Positions 40,971 through 50,317 of a stretch of DNA of 64,000 nucleotides are shown in pieces. The position numbers were made by a program, and so were the translations under genes. Under the pieces are notes generated by a model, which worked only from the letters and a program-made list of their open reading frames with translations, was not told the origin of the DNA and did not search any database. Within the stretch, counting starts at the first letter, position 1; each line of letters begins with the position of its first letter. This stretch comes from an uncultured bacterium (lineage in GTDB: Bacteria > Acidobacteriota > HRBIN11 > JAKEFK01), in assembly GCA_963777505.1 (NCBI GenBank), contig CAVZQN010000004.1, positions 1,836,387 through 1,900,386 on the forward strand, in the 5' to 3' direction.

Positions 40971-43403
40971 ATGATGAATCGATTGATACTCCTTTTCTTT
41001 TTGATTCCGTTCGTTATTCATGCTCAGGAAGTTGAAAAATACCAAACGCCGCCGAAAGAGATTGTAGAACTCGTTGACGCGCCATTAACACCTTCGGCAC
41101 TTTTGAGTCCGACGAATGATTGGATGCTTCTGCTTGAAGCACCTCCACTTTTGACGATGGAGGATCTTTCGCAATCGGAATTAAAACTCGCTGGAATTCG
41201 ATTTAATCCACAAACGAATGATCAAACGCGACCCGGATACTTCAAAAAAATATCGCTTCAACAGGTTGCCACAAATAAGAAACCACAAACGATTCAACTT
41301 CCTGCTGAAGCGCGCGTTCGTAACCCTTCCTGGTCTCCTGATGGAAAACACTTTGCATTCACGATCAGCACAACATCAGGGGTCGAACTCTGGACTGGAG
41401 ATTCTGAAAGTGGTGTCGTAAAACGTCTTGGCTCATTTCACTTGAATCAAGTTATCCCAGGTGTTTCATATCAATGGCTTTCTGATAGCCGTCATATCAT
41501 TGCACGAATTGTGATTGATACGGCAGATAAAACGAAAGAATCATCCTCTGCTCCATCTGGACCCGTGATTCAGGAAACTGCAGAACGAAAAGCGCCTGCA
41601 GTCACATATCAGGATCTGCTGAAAACTCCGAAAGATGCGGAATCGTTTGACCGGCATATAACATCAGCGGTAGTTCGGATCGCTCAAGATGGAACGACAA
41701 CGGAGCTAATCAAAGGAACGATAAGCAGGGCAGAGCCGTCCCCTGATGGAAAATATTTATTGGTAGAAACAATTCATCGTCCGTTTTCTTATCTCGTACC
41801 ATATTATCGTTTCCCTCGCCGTGTTGAAATTCGCGATTCGGAAGGGAAGCTGATCAAAGAGGTCGTGGATATTCCGCTAGAAGATGCAGTCCCTGTTGAT
41901 TTTGATGCCGTACAGACTGGACCACGCGACTTTGGATGGCGATCAGATCAGCCATCAACTCTTTGTTGGATTGAAGCGCAGGACAAAGGTGACCCGCGTA
42001 TAGAAGCAAAAATTCGAGACAAAATATTTTTGCTGTTACCTCCGTTCAACGGAAAGCCGGTTGAACTCGCATCGACAGAGCTGCGATTGGAGAGGATTGA
42101 TTGGGGTGGTGATGATCTGGCACTGGTAACAGAGTCATGGTGGAAGAATCGCAAAACTCGCACATGGCGTATCTCACCAGCGGATCCATCAACCAAACCT
42201 CAGCTCATTTTCGATCGTTCTTCCGAAGATCGATATTCAGATCCGGGATATCCAATCTCCAAAACCTCACAATGGGGAACATACGTTCTTAGGCGAACGA
42301 ATTCTGGAAACGGAATTTTTCTTTCCGGTGATGGCGCTTCAACTGAAGGAGATCGTCCGTTTTTAGATGAACTCGATTTAACAACCATCAAGACCAAACG
42401 GCTTTGGAGATCAGAAGCTCCTTCATATGAGTATGTCTACGAAGTGTTCGATGATAGCGGTTCAAATATTCTCACGAGCCGTGAGTCACCATCTGAACCA
42501 CCAAATTATTTCCTTCGTAATCTAACCACGAAGACTGTTGAACCATTAACCAATTTTCCACATCCATCTCCGCAGTTTTCAAAAGCCAAAAAAGAATTAA
42601 TCCGTTATAAGCGTGCAGATGGTGTAGATCTCACAGGCACTCTCTACCTTCCGGCAGATTACGATCAAACGAAAGACGGACCTCTTCCTGTATTGATGTG
42701 GGCTTATCCGACAGAGTTCAAGAGTGCGGATGCTGCAAGTCAGGTAACGGACTCTCCTTATCGTTTTATTCGTGTTTACAGCAGCTCGCCTCTTTTCTGG
42801 CTCGTTCGAGGTTATGCGATTCTTGACGATCCTTCGATGCCAATTATCGGTGAAGGTGATAAACAGCCGAATGATACTTATGTTGATCAACTCGTATCTT
42901 CTGCACAAGCAGCGATCGATGAATTAGTGAAACGTGGTGTGGGTGATCGAAATCGAATGGCAATCGGCGGTCATTCCTACGGCGCTTTCATGACCGCAAA
43001 TCTTCTAGCACACAGTGATCTCTTCCGCGCCGGAATTGCTCGCAGCGGTGCATACAACAGGACTTTAACTCCTTTCAGTTTTCAAGCGGAGGAGCGAACG
43101 TTTTGGGAAGCTACCGATACGTACATAAAAATGTCGCCGTTCACATTTAGCAACAAAATCAACGAGCCAATTCTTTTGACCCATGGGATGGATGATAACA
43201 ACACTGGTACGTATCCGATTCAGAGCGAACGGTTGTATCAGGCAATCAAAGGACTCGGCGGGACCGCTCGCCTTGTAATGCTTCCGTATGAATCCCACGG
43301 ATATCGTGCGCGTGAATCTGTCCTGCATGTGCTTTGGGAAATGGATCGGTGGCTTGAAACATATGTGAAAAAATATCAGCCTGCACCAGTGAACGTCCGC
43401 TAG
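40971..43403 (+). CDS. Secreted S9-family (prolyl oligopeptidase-like) serine peptidase
   Basis: Signal peptide; GGHSYG nucleophile motif, DNNTGT, ESHGY. Confidence 0.92.
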   Translation: MMNRLILLFFLIPFVIHAQEVEKYQTPPKEIVELVDAPLTPSALLSPTNDWMLLLEAPPLLTMEDLSQSELKLAGIRFNPQTNDQTRPGYFKKISLQQVATNKKPQTIQLPAEARVRNPSWSPDGKHFAFTISTTSGVELWTGDSESGVVKRLGSFHLNQVIPGVSYQWLSDSRHIIARIVIDTADKTKESSSAPSGPVIQETAERKAPAVTYQDLLKTPKDAESFDRHITSAVVRIAQDGTTTELIKGTISRAEPSPDGKYLLVETIHRPFSYLVPYYRFPRRVEIRDSEGKLIKEVVDIPLEDAVPVDFDAVQTGPRDFGWRSDQPSTLCWIEAQDKGDPRIEAKIRDKIFLLLPPFNGKPVELASTELRLERIDWGGDDLALVTESWWKNRKTRTWRISPADPSTKPQLIFDRSSEDRYSDPGYPISKTSQWGTYVLRRTNSGNGIFLSGDGASTEGDRPFLDELDLTTIKTKRLWRSEAPSYEYVYEVFDDSGSNILTSRESPSEPPNYFLRNLTTKTVEPLTNFPHPSPQFSKAKKELIRYKRADGVDLTGTLYLPADYDQTKDGPLPVLMWAYPTEFKSADAASQVTDSPYRFIRVYSSSPLFWLVRGYAILDDPSMPIIGEGDKQPNDTYVDQLVSSAQAAIDELVKRGVGDRNRMAIGGHSYGAFMTANLLAHSDLFRAGIARSGAYNRTLTPFSFQAEERTFWEATDTYIKMSPFTFSNKINEPILLTHGMDDNNTGTYPIQSERLYQAIKGLGGTARLVMLPYESHGYRARESVLHVLWEMDRWLETYVKKYQPAPVNVR

Positions 43404-43426
43404 CGTTGCGTCCTTTTTCCTTTGCT
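43389..43426 (+). repeat. 38-bp direct repeat, copy 1
   Basis: GTGAACGTCCGCTAGCGTTGCGTCCTTTTTCCTTTGCT; one mismatch to 44862-44899. Confidence 0.9.
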
Positions 43427-43543
43427 ATAAATGACAGGCCCAGCATATCCGCATCATTGGTTGCAATTGGAACAGTACATGATCTGAGGGGAGAGTATCA
43501 GGAAGCCATGCTTCATCTTCGGAAGGCTCAGCAGACTAAATGA
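43427..43543 (+). pseudogene. 3' remnant of a TPR-repeat gene
   Basis: Translates INDRPSISASLVAIGTVHDLRGEYQEAMLHLRKAQQTK*, a TPR-like helix pair with no upstream start. Confidence 0.55.
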
Positions 43544-43628
43544 GGTTTGGAGTTCTGTAATTTTAATAGGGACGCCTAACCAGTTGTGCATATTTTTGCC
43601 TTGGTTCGTTAATGTCAGTTTTGATCAG

Positions 43629-43655
43629 ACAACTTTGGCGGAATTTTGTCGAAAA
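43629..43655 (+). promoter_or_regulatory. Possible sigma28 (FliA)-like promoter
   Basis: ACAA-15nt-GTCGAAAA compared with consensus TAAA-N15-GCCGATAA. Confidence 0.3.
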
Positions 43656-43684
43656 GAATAGTATGTAGGGAAAGGGGGTAACGG

Positions 43685-44614
43685 ATGACCAAAATTCAAG
43701 GTTCCCATAACATTCCTGTATCTCCACAAAGCGAAGTTCAACCTAGTGCTACAACCACTCGACCCACCAGTTCGCAACAAGCGTCTTCCGAATCCGCAAG
43801 CTCTCAACCACTATCTTTGCGTGACGCATCGAGGCGCAGGGCAGAGCACAACTTGGGTGGACTCGTTCAAGAATTGCGGCTAAAAGATGGTGGATCAAAA
43901 CAAGATATTGGCGACCGCGCTAGAGAATTGATGCGCAATGGGCAGTATGGCCAGGCGGCTCAAGAAGTGCGGACTCATATTGGCAGGAGTACGGTGTTGG
44001 AACAGCGATTCCGTCCGTTTCAACGTCAAGCCGAAGTGTTATCCCAAATGCAAAGCAGTGGAGTTCAAAATCTTCAATATCCACCGTCTCAACAAAATGT
44101 CAGAGACTATTTTCGAACTATGCGCGGACAACCGATAGCGGATATTCAGACGCGGTTCCAGAATTATGCAAATGCGTTTTATAGCCATTCCGCCAGTGGA
44201 AACTTCGCAATTGGAGATATACGGCGGATGCCCAGCTCTTGGTCAGATTTGAACAGACACGCGAGCGCTGACGGGCGGCATCGAATTGATTGTGAAGGCT
44301 TTGCGATGCTGGGTCACACAGCGTTGCGGGCAGCCGGTTTCAGAGATCTTCGTTTTGCTGACATGCGTCCGCCTAATCGCGGGGATAGACACATCGTTAT
44401 TGCGGGTGAACGAAGACAGCAGGGTTCAACAGAAATCGCGTTGATCTCGAATAATAATTTCCGTATTGGATCGCCGCAGCGTAATCAGGATGCGGAACAA
44501 GCTCGAACGCAAATGGTAGCAACTGAGTTTAATTTCATTATGGTGCGACCGCTAGGCCAGGGAGATCGCATCGTAGAGCACCGTACGCAGCTAGGTGCGA
44601 GTAACGCCCCTTAA
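43685..44614 (+). CDS. Hypothetical protein with a transglutaminase-like Cys protease (BTLCP-like) C-terminal domain
   Basis: IDCEGFA...ALRAAGF...RHIVIAG...LISNN; S/T/Q/P-rich N-terminus with no Sec signal. Confidence 0.55.
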   Translation: MTKIQGSHNIPVSPQSEVQPSATTTRPTSSQQASSESASSQPLSLRDASRRRAEHNLGGLVQELRLKDGGSKQDIGDRARELMRNGQYGQAAQEVRTHIGRSTVLEQRFRPFQRQAEVLSQMQSSGVQNLQYPPSQQNVRDYFRTMRGQPIADIQTRFQNYANAFYSHSASGNFAIGDIRRMPSSWSDLNRHASADGRHRIDCEGFAMLGHTALRAAGFRDLRFADMRPPNRGDRHIVIAGERRQQGSTEIALISNNNFRIGSPQRNQDAEQARTQMVATEFNFIMVRPLGQGDRIVEHRTQLGASNAP

Positions 44615-44861
44615 TTTTTTCTTTCAAACTCTAACCAGTAAAAGGGGTGGAGCTGTGGGAGTCCAACATCCTTCCAACTTTTCTGAAAATATCACAAAGC
44701 TTTTAGCCGACTATCGTATAAATAAACGTTTCCATTAACGCAAACGCCAATTTAATCTGGAAGCGGATTCCTCCGTTCCAATTCTTGTCTTTTAACTCTG
44801 GATGCAACATCAATCTGGAGTTCAATTTCGGATTTTAGAAAACTCCCCGTGGTAAACATCG

Positions 44862-44899
44862 GTGAACGTCCGCTAGCGTTACGTCCTTTTTCCTTTGCT
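44862..44899 (+). repeat. 38-bp direct repeat, copy 2
   Basis: GTGAACGTCCGCTAGCGTTACGTCCTTTTTCCTTTGCT. Confidence 0.9.
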
Positions 44900-45622
44900 C
44901 CGATTCGATGAAGAAGACTGTTCCAATTCCAGAATCGTTTTGGGTCCCTTATATTCTTCAACCCGTGATGCAATTGGAGGAGTTTGAAAATTTGTTGAAT
45001 CTCCCTGATTCGAAGATTCGTTTAGGGATCCGCGAATCTCAGCAGCAATAGCATTGGTGCTGTCAATACTATCAAGAACTGCATCAGGGATCGCCGGAAC
45101 ATCATAATTGTTGGTTATTACCGAATCTGGCCCTTTATATTTGTTCGCTTGTGATTCAATCCTCGGTTCTTCGAGAATGGATTTCGGCCCTTTGTATTGG
45201 TCAACGCGTGATCCTCTTTCTTGAGGTTTCAGTGAATCTGGCCCTTTATATTCATCCACCCTTGATCCTCTTTCCTGTATTAAACAGACGAATCAGGCCC
45301 TTTGTATTTTTCTGCCCGTGATTCAATGGAAGGAGTTTTAGATTCGTTTATGGATCCGCGAATCTCAGCAGCAATAGGCATTTGCGCTGTCAATACTATC
45401 AAGAACTGCATCCGGGATCTGCGGTGGCTCATGATAATTCGTTAAAACTGGATTTGGTACTTCAAATTTATCTACTCGTGATTCAATTTGATCTCGAGTT
45501 CGAGTAATAGAGGCGGGTCCTTCAAATTTGTCCTGCACCCGAGTTTTATTTGGTTGGATTGGGACTTCATTTTCAACTGGTGCTTGATTTCCAATATTTG
45601 GAATCCTGTTCGAAATCTTCAT
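44879..45622 (-). CDS. Orphan repeat protein with five YKGP motifs; frameshifts near 45.38 and 45.29 kb
   Basis: GGAGAGG RBS, ATG 45622; the duplicated PDAVLDSIDSxNAIAAEIRGS block pinpoints a 1-nt insertion (aataggcatt vs aatagcatt). Confidence 0.65.
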
Positions 45623-45663
45623 TCGTTCCTCTCCTTGGGATTTGCCCTTACGCATTACCACTC

Positions 45664-45679
45664 AGCAAAGATCATACCA
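45664..45679 (-). promoter_or_regulatory. sigma54 (-24/-12) promoter
   Basis: Minus strand TGGTAT-GATCT-TTGCT with exact GG-N10-GC spacing. Confidence 0.65.
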
Positions 45680-45783
45680 GTTGTTCGATGATGAGCGATA
45701 GACGTGAGATTGTGACGTGACTGAATGAAAGCAACTCAAGTTACTATGCGGGGAGCAACACAAGTTGCTTTTGCACGCGTTGT

Positions 45784-46289
45784 CTATTCAAGCTGATGTT
45801 GATACGCAGCACTATCGAAGTGTCCGAGAGATTCGGCGATTAAATTATCGTCTCCGAATTTCCAAACTTCGAATCCGCTGATGCGAACATTTTTCCCTTT
45901 ACCGCCAGGACCCGTATTTGTGCCGGTCAGTGTCCAGCAATAAATGGATCGCTCAGCGTGATAGAGCAAATCATCCATCTGCACAATCATGTCTGGGAAG
46001 TCAGTCATGAATCCTTGCGCTACGCGTGTGATTGCATCACGTCCAACAGCGGCACGCCATAATTCACGCAGAGTGAACCGTTAGGCGAATAGAACGAAGC
46101 CACATTGTCAGGTTTTTGGCTGCACCATGCTGCTGTATAGCGCTGTGCGAATTCGCGAAGATGAGCTGGTACTGTCATCAGGTTCGGTAAGGCATCGAGC
46201 TCATTCAATAATGCGGTTACATCGCTCCGCAATTCCAAAGTTCCGGAAATGTTCCGGATACGGATGATGCGATCAGCGGGAGTGTCCAT
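45784..46289 (-). CDS. SnoaL/NTF2-like ester cyclase; frameshift near 46.02-46.06 kb
   Basis: FAQRYTAAW...VASFYSP in ORF1; FPDM...WTLTGTNTGPGGKGKNVRISGFEVW in ORF2. Confidence 0.8.
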
Positions 46290-46291
46290 TT

Positions 46292-48937
46292 CTATTTTTT
46301 TGCGATGGGCGCGCGTTTGAGTACTTCTTCAAACCAGTTAATGGTGACGTTGAGATGGTCCTGTCTGTCTTTTTCCTTCTGTACTGTGGTGACAAAGCGC
46401 TGGTGATCTGACGTTACATCCATCTGCAGATAGGCTCCTTCGAACAATAGTTCAGGAGTTCCTGCCGAAAATGAAGGAGAAGTTTGAATCGGTACACTCA
46501 TCACTTTCTTTCCAACTCTGTAGAGAATTTCGTTTTGCTGTTTCCACATTACATTCGTACCTCCATTCGTGGAAACAAGCCATCTACCAGGAGGACCTTG
46601 AAAAGAACGGACGTAAATTTCGTCTCGTCCCGATTCATCCGAAGTATACGCGATCCATTTGTCGTCCGGAGAAAATATTCCATCTGTTTCGCTGGCAGGA
46701 GTCGCAACTAAATCGTGAAGCTTTCCATCCGATGTGTCGAAGACCATCACATCCGTATCTGTCTGCTGACTATCCTTAAATAGTAGAAGCTTTTTATTAT
46801 CGCGCGACCACTTTGTAGGAACTAGAACGGACTCGTTTTTGATAACAACCTGTTCCTGATCGCTTCCATCGGCTGCTCGCCAGAATGGATTCCAGAGACC
46901 CAATCGTTCCGATGCATACGCAACTCTCTTACCATCGCCGGTCCATTTAGGCCAACCCGTGCGTGCTTCGGAAGTTAACCGTGTGGAGGTTCCGCGTGCC
47001 AGATCGTAGATCCATATTTCAAATTTTCGAAACCCTGCAAGCCGGCTGTTATCCGGAGAGAACTGTGGATCGCTCAGTACAACGGAATCCAGAGGTCCAG
47101 GAAGTCTTTCACCCTTGCGATTCAATATTGCAGTAGTTCCACCTTCATCATAGGAAGCGCCTGCAGGAAGTGTGATAAGAATTCCATTTTGTGAAAAAGC
47201 ATATTCCAGACTACCTGCTCCATTTTCGGAAACTCCGGAGACAAGCATGACAGAATCGCCGTAGGTTTCGAGTTTCTCCGGATCAAACCCGATAACATAA
47301 AGCGCATCACCTCGCCCAAAGATCAGATGACCCGTTGGCAGATAGCGCGCTCCGAAACCACCTTGCAAAACCACCTTTCGTTCGCCTGTATCAACACGAA
47401 CTGCACCGATCGTTGCATCGGACCAGCGTCCACCATGACCGATCGTAAACAGCGCAACTTTGCCTCCAGGTAGAACAAATGGCCACCGGTGATTCCTTTC
47501 TCCTTTTGATTTATCCACAGTTGTAAGTGATTGCGCAGTTCCACCGTCTGCTGAAATCTTGTTGAGACCCGCATAATAAAATGGTGAAAAAACGATCGTT
47601 CCATTGTCGCCCCAACTCGCTCCACGCGGATTTGCGATGCGAGTAAGCGTGACCGGTGTATCTCCGGAAAGTTGAACTTTCTTTAATTCATGTGCTGTAA
47701 AAAAACCGAGCCATTTCCCATCCGGAGAAAAGAAAGGAGCACGCGCGCCTTCTGTTCCAGCAATCGGCCTGGACTCAAATGTATTCAAGTTTCTTAGATA
47801 AAGCCGGATTTGTTGATCTTCGACACCGGTATAAACAACAGAGCTGCCATCTGGTGACATAGCCAGTGAACCGTACGCGTTAAATGTGGCTCTTTGTGTT
47901 CCTTCCAATGGAAACATAAAACGCATCACTGCTTTCTCCGACTTCGGAATTTCTTTCCTTGTTGGAGAAAACAACGCAATCGCGGCAAAGAGTGTCATCA
48001 TTAACGCAACCAACCATGGAAGAAGAGATTTGATTCTGGAATGAGTTGGCGCAACTGCAGGTGCTGCGATTGAAGTCGTTGAAACACCCGAAAGATTTTC
48101 CAAATAAAACGCAACATCATGCATTGATTGGAAGCGCTGTGCCGGATCTTTTTCCATGCAATGTTCTACAATTCGATTCATTGCAGGTGAGAGGTTCGGA
48201 TTCGTTTCAGATAGATCAGACGGTTCCTTTCCAAGGATTGCACTCATCGTGTCAGCTGCTGTATCAGCGTGAAAGGCGCGTTTTCCTGAAATCATTTCAT
48301 ACAGAATTACGCCGAAAGAAAAAATATCGGAACGTGCATCGGAGGGTTTTCCGCGTACCTGTTCAGGCGACATATAGCCAACAGTTCCCAAAATCATTCC
48401 GGGAGTTGAAAGCTGCACCCCCGTTTCCAGTTTGGAATGTTCAGCGGCGGGCGCTTCTGTTTGAGTTAACTTCGCCAGACCAAAGTCCAGAATTTTGACT
48501 CGGCCATCATTTGTAACAAACAGATTTTCGGGTTTCAAATCGCGATGAATGATTCCTTTATCGTGTGCTGCAGACAATCCTTTCGCGATTTGCAACGCAT
48601 AATCAATTGTCTTGCGCTGCGAAAGTGCAGATTTTAGTTTGTCACGAAGTGTTTCTCCTTCCAGTAATTCCAGGACCAGAAAATGTGTGCCATTCTCATG
48701 TCCGATGTCATAAACATTCAGAATTCCTGGATGGTTCAGCATTCCAGCTGCACGTGCTTCCTGTTCGAACCTCGCCAGGCGATCTGGATCTTGCGAGAAA
48801 TTAGAAGGAAGGACTTTAATGGCTACTTCACGTCCAATTCGCTTGTCCGCTGCACGATAAACGTCACCCATTCCACCTGCGCCTATACGGCCCAGGATTT
48901 CATACGCACCAAGCTTCGTGCCGGATTCAAGCAACAT
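46292..48937 (-). CDS. Hanks-type Ser/Thr kinase with TM helix and TolB/PD40 beta-propeller
   Basis: [32 protein letters not shown]; PFFSPDG repeats. Confidence 0.93.
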   Translation of the reverse strand: MLLESGTKLGAYEILGRIGAGGMGDVYRAADKRIGREVAIKVLPSNFSQDPDRLARFEQEARAAGMLNHPGILNVYDIGHENGTHFLVLELLEGETLRDKLKSALSQRKTIDYALQIAKGLSAAHDKGIIHRDLKPENLFVTNDGRVKILDFGLAKLTQTEAPAAEHSKLETGVQLSTPGMILGTVGYMSPEQVRGKPSDARSDIFSFGVILYEMISGKRAFHADTAADTMSAILGKEPSDLSETNPNLSPAMNRIVEHCMEKDPAQRFQSMHDVAFYLENLSGVSTTSIAAPAVAPTHSRIKSLLPWLVALMMTLFAAIALFSPTRKEIPKSEKAVMRFMFPLEGTQRATFNAYGSLAMSPDGSSVVYTGVEDQQIRLYLRNLNTFESRPIAGTEGARAPFFSPDGKWLGFFTAHELKKVQLSGDTPVTLTRIANPRGASWGDNGTIVFSPFYYAGLNKISADGGTAQSLTTVDKSKGERNHRWPFVLPGGKVALFTIGHGGRWSDATIGAVRVDTGERKVVLQGGFGARYLPTGHLIFGRGDALYVIGFDPEKLETYGDSVMLVSGVSENGAGSLEYAFSQNGILITLPAGASYDEGGTTAILNRKGERLPGPLDSVVLSDPQFSPDNSRLAGFRKFEIWIYDLARGTSTRLTSEARTGWPKWTGDGKRVAYASERLGLWNPFWRAADGSDQEQVVIKNESVLVPTKWSRDNKKLLLFKDSQQTDTDVMVFDTSDGKLHDLVATPASETDGIFSPDDKWIAYTSDESGRDEIYVRSFQGPPGRWLVSTNGGTNVMWKQQNEILYRVGKKVMSVPIQTSPSFSAGTPELLFEGAYLQMDVTSDHQRFVTTVQKEKDRQDHLNVTINWFEEVLKRAPIAKK

Positions 48938-49013
48938 CGGTTCAAGAATGTATCATGAAACGTGATTGAATGAATCAGGACATTGCGCTTGATCTGATTT
49001 GGCAATCGAAATT

Positions 49014-50084
49014 TTAACCGCGGCCGAGTTTATCCTTTGTTGAAGCAAGCGACTCCGTGAGTATCTGTTGTTTACGGATTGTTTCAGCCACAGGTTCGTC
49101 CTTCTGAGATTTGCTAGCAGATTGGGATGAGGTGTCGTCCTGAAATGTGTTTCCAAAATCGACTGTTATCGCTTGTCCAGTAAACGGAGAATTGTTTCCG
49201 GAACCCAGCAAATCTTCAGCAGCATTTCGAAGTTTTTCTTGTTCAGCTTTTGTCTCGGCTTCGTCTTTGATCCTTTTGAAATTTGCCAGATCTTCCGTAA
49301 ATTCTGTTTGCTTAGGGTTGCCAAGAGATAGATCTATTTCTGGTGGCCGCAACAAAGATTGTGCACTCTCGCTTTCACTTTTAAGGTTACGGATCTGTTC
49401 CTCAGTCACCGATGAGGTAGCTTGTTTTCGATCGGAAACGAACAACTCAGTAAAATCTTTTTGTTTACGATTTATTTCCGCTGTTGGCAATGGCTCATGT
49501 TTCTCGGATTCTTTAGGAGTTTCGGTTGAACCTTCATCATGAAATGGGTTTCCAAAATCGATTGTTACGCCTTCAAACCCTTGTCCAATAACTACATCCG
49601 TAGGATTGTTTGATGAGCGAAGCAAATCGTCAATGTTGATGAGTTTTTCTTGAGCTTTCGCATCTGCCTTATCTTGAACCTTTTTGAAATTTGCAAAGTC
49701 TTGTGTCAATTCGGCTTGTTTCGCATTGGCAAAAGAGGAATCTATTTGTGGTGCGCGTAGCGAAGATTGTGCACTCTCACTCTCATTTTTAAGGTTACGG
49801 ATCTGCTCCTCACGGGCCGTCACCGCAGAAGGTGTGGCCTTTATTGCGGAGTCTCCGAGATGAGCAGCTATTGTTTGCTTCTTAAAAAGGTCTCCAACTT
49901 CGTCATTTGGTTTTTGCGGATAGGGCACTGATGAAATGTTATTCTGTTCGCCGAACGATTTAGATTCTTCAATTTTGAACGAATCTGAATTGCTATAAAT
50001 TGATTCCGCTTTCTTCACATCTGTCGTTTGGCTCTCTTCGGTTCTAGTAATTGGTAAAGCAGCTTCTGTCCGCTTGATTTGCAT
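49014..50084 (-). CDS. Orphan protein with a tandem ~135-aa internal duplication
   Basis: GGAGG RBS; EEQIRNLKxESESAQS...ANFK...DFGN occurs twice. Confidence 0.75.
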   Translation of the reverse strand: MQIKRTEAALPITRTEESQTTDVKKAESIYSNSDSFKIEESKSFGEQNNISSVPYPQKPNDEVGDLFKKQTIAAHLGDSAIKATPSAVTAREEQIRNLKNESESAQSSLRAPQIDSSFANAKQAELTQDFANFKKVQDKADAKAQEKLINIDDLLRSSNNPTDVVIGQGFEGVTIDFGNPFHDEGSTETPKESEKHEPLPTAEINRKQKDFTELFVSDRKQATSSVTEEQIRNLKSESESAQSLLRPPEIDLSLGNPKQTEFTEDLANFKRIKDEAETKAEQEKLRNAAEDLLGSGNNSPFTGQAITVDFGNTFQDDTSSQSASKSQKDEPVAETIRKQQILTESLASTKDKLGRG

Positions 50085-50110
50085 CGTTCCTCCGTAATCA
50101 ATTTCCTTAA

Positions 50111-50126
50111 AGCAAGCTAGATGCCA
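50111..50126 (-). promoter_or_regulatory. sigma54 (-24/-12) promoter
   Basis: Minus strand TGGCAT-CTAGC-TTGCT, one mismatch from TGGCAC-N5-TTGCW. Confidence 0.75.
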
Positions 50127-50317
50127 TCGTCCTTCAGAGAGAAGAAGGCTTTAGCTTTTGAAATGAGAGCAACTTTTGTCCAGGAAAACGCAACTTCCGT
50201 TTCTAAGTTTGTGGCGGATGAGCCGTATGTTTTGTTTTTAGAACCGGTTTGTTGAAGGAATAATGAAGATAACCACGAAGACTCAGAGTCTCAGCGGTTT
50301 CATGATTTACTACTGCT

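Noticed and set aside
44879-46289. RiPP (graspetide-type) cluster from the YKGP repeats plus the SnoaL cyclase
   Set aside because: No ATP-grasp, radical SAM, YcaO or transporter gene is nearby; kept only as a weak alternative.
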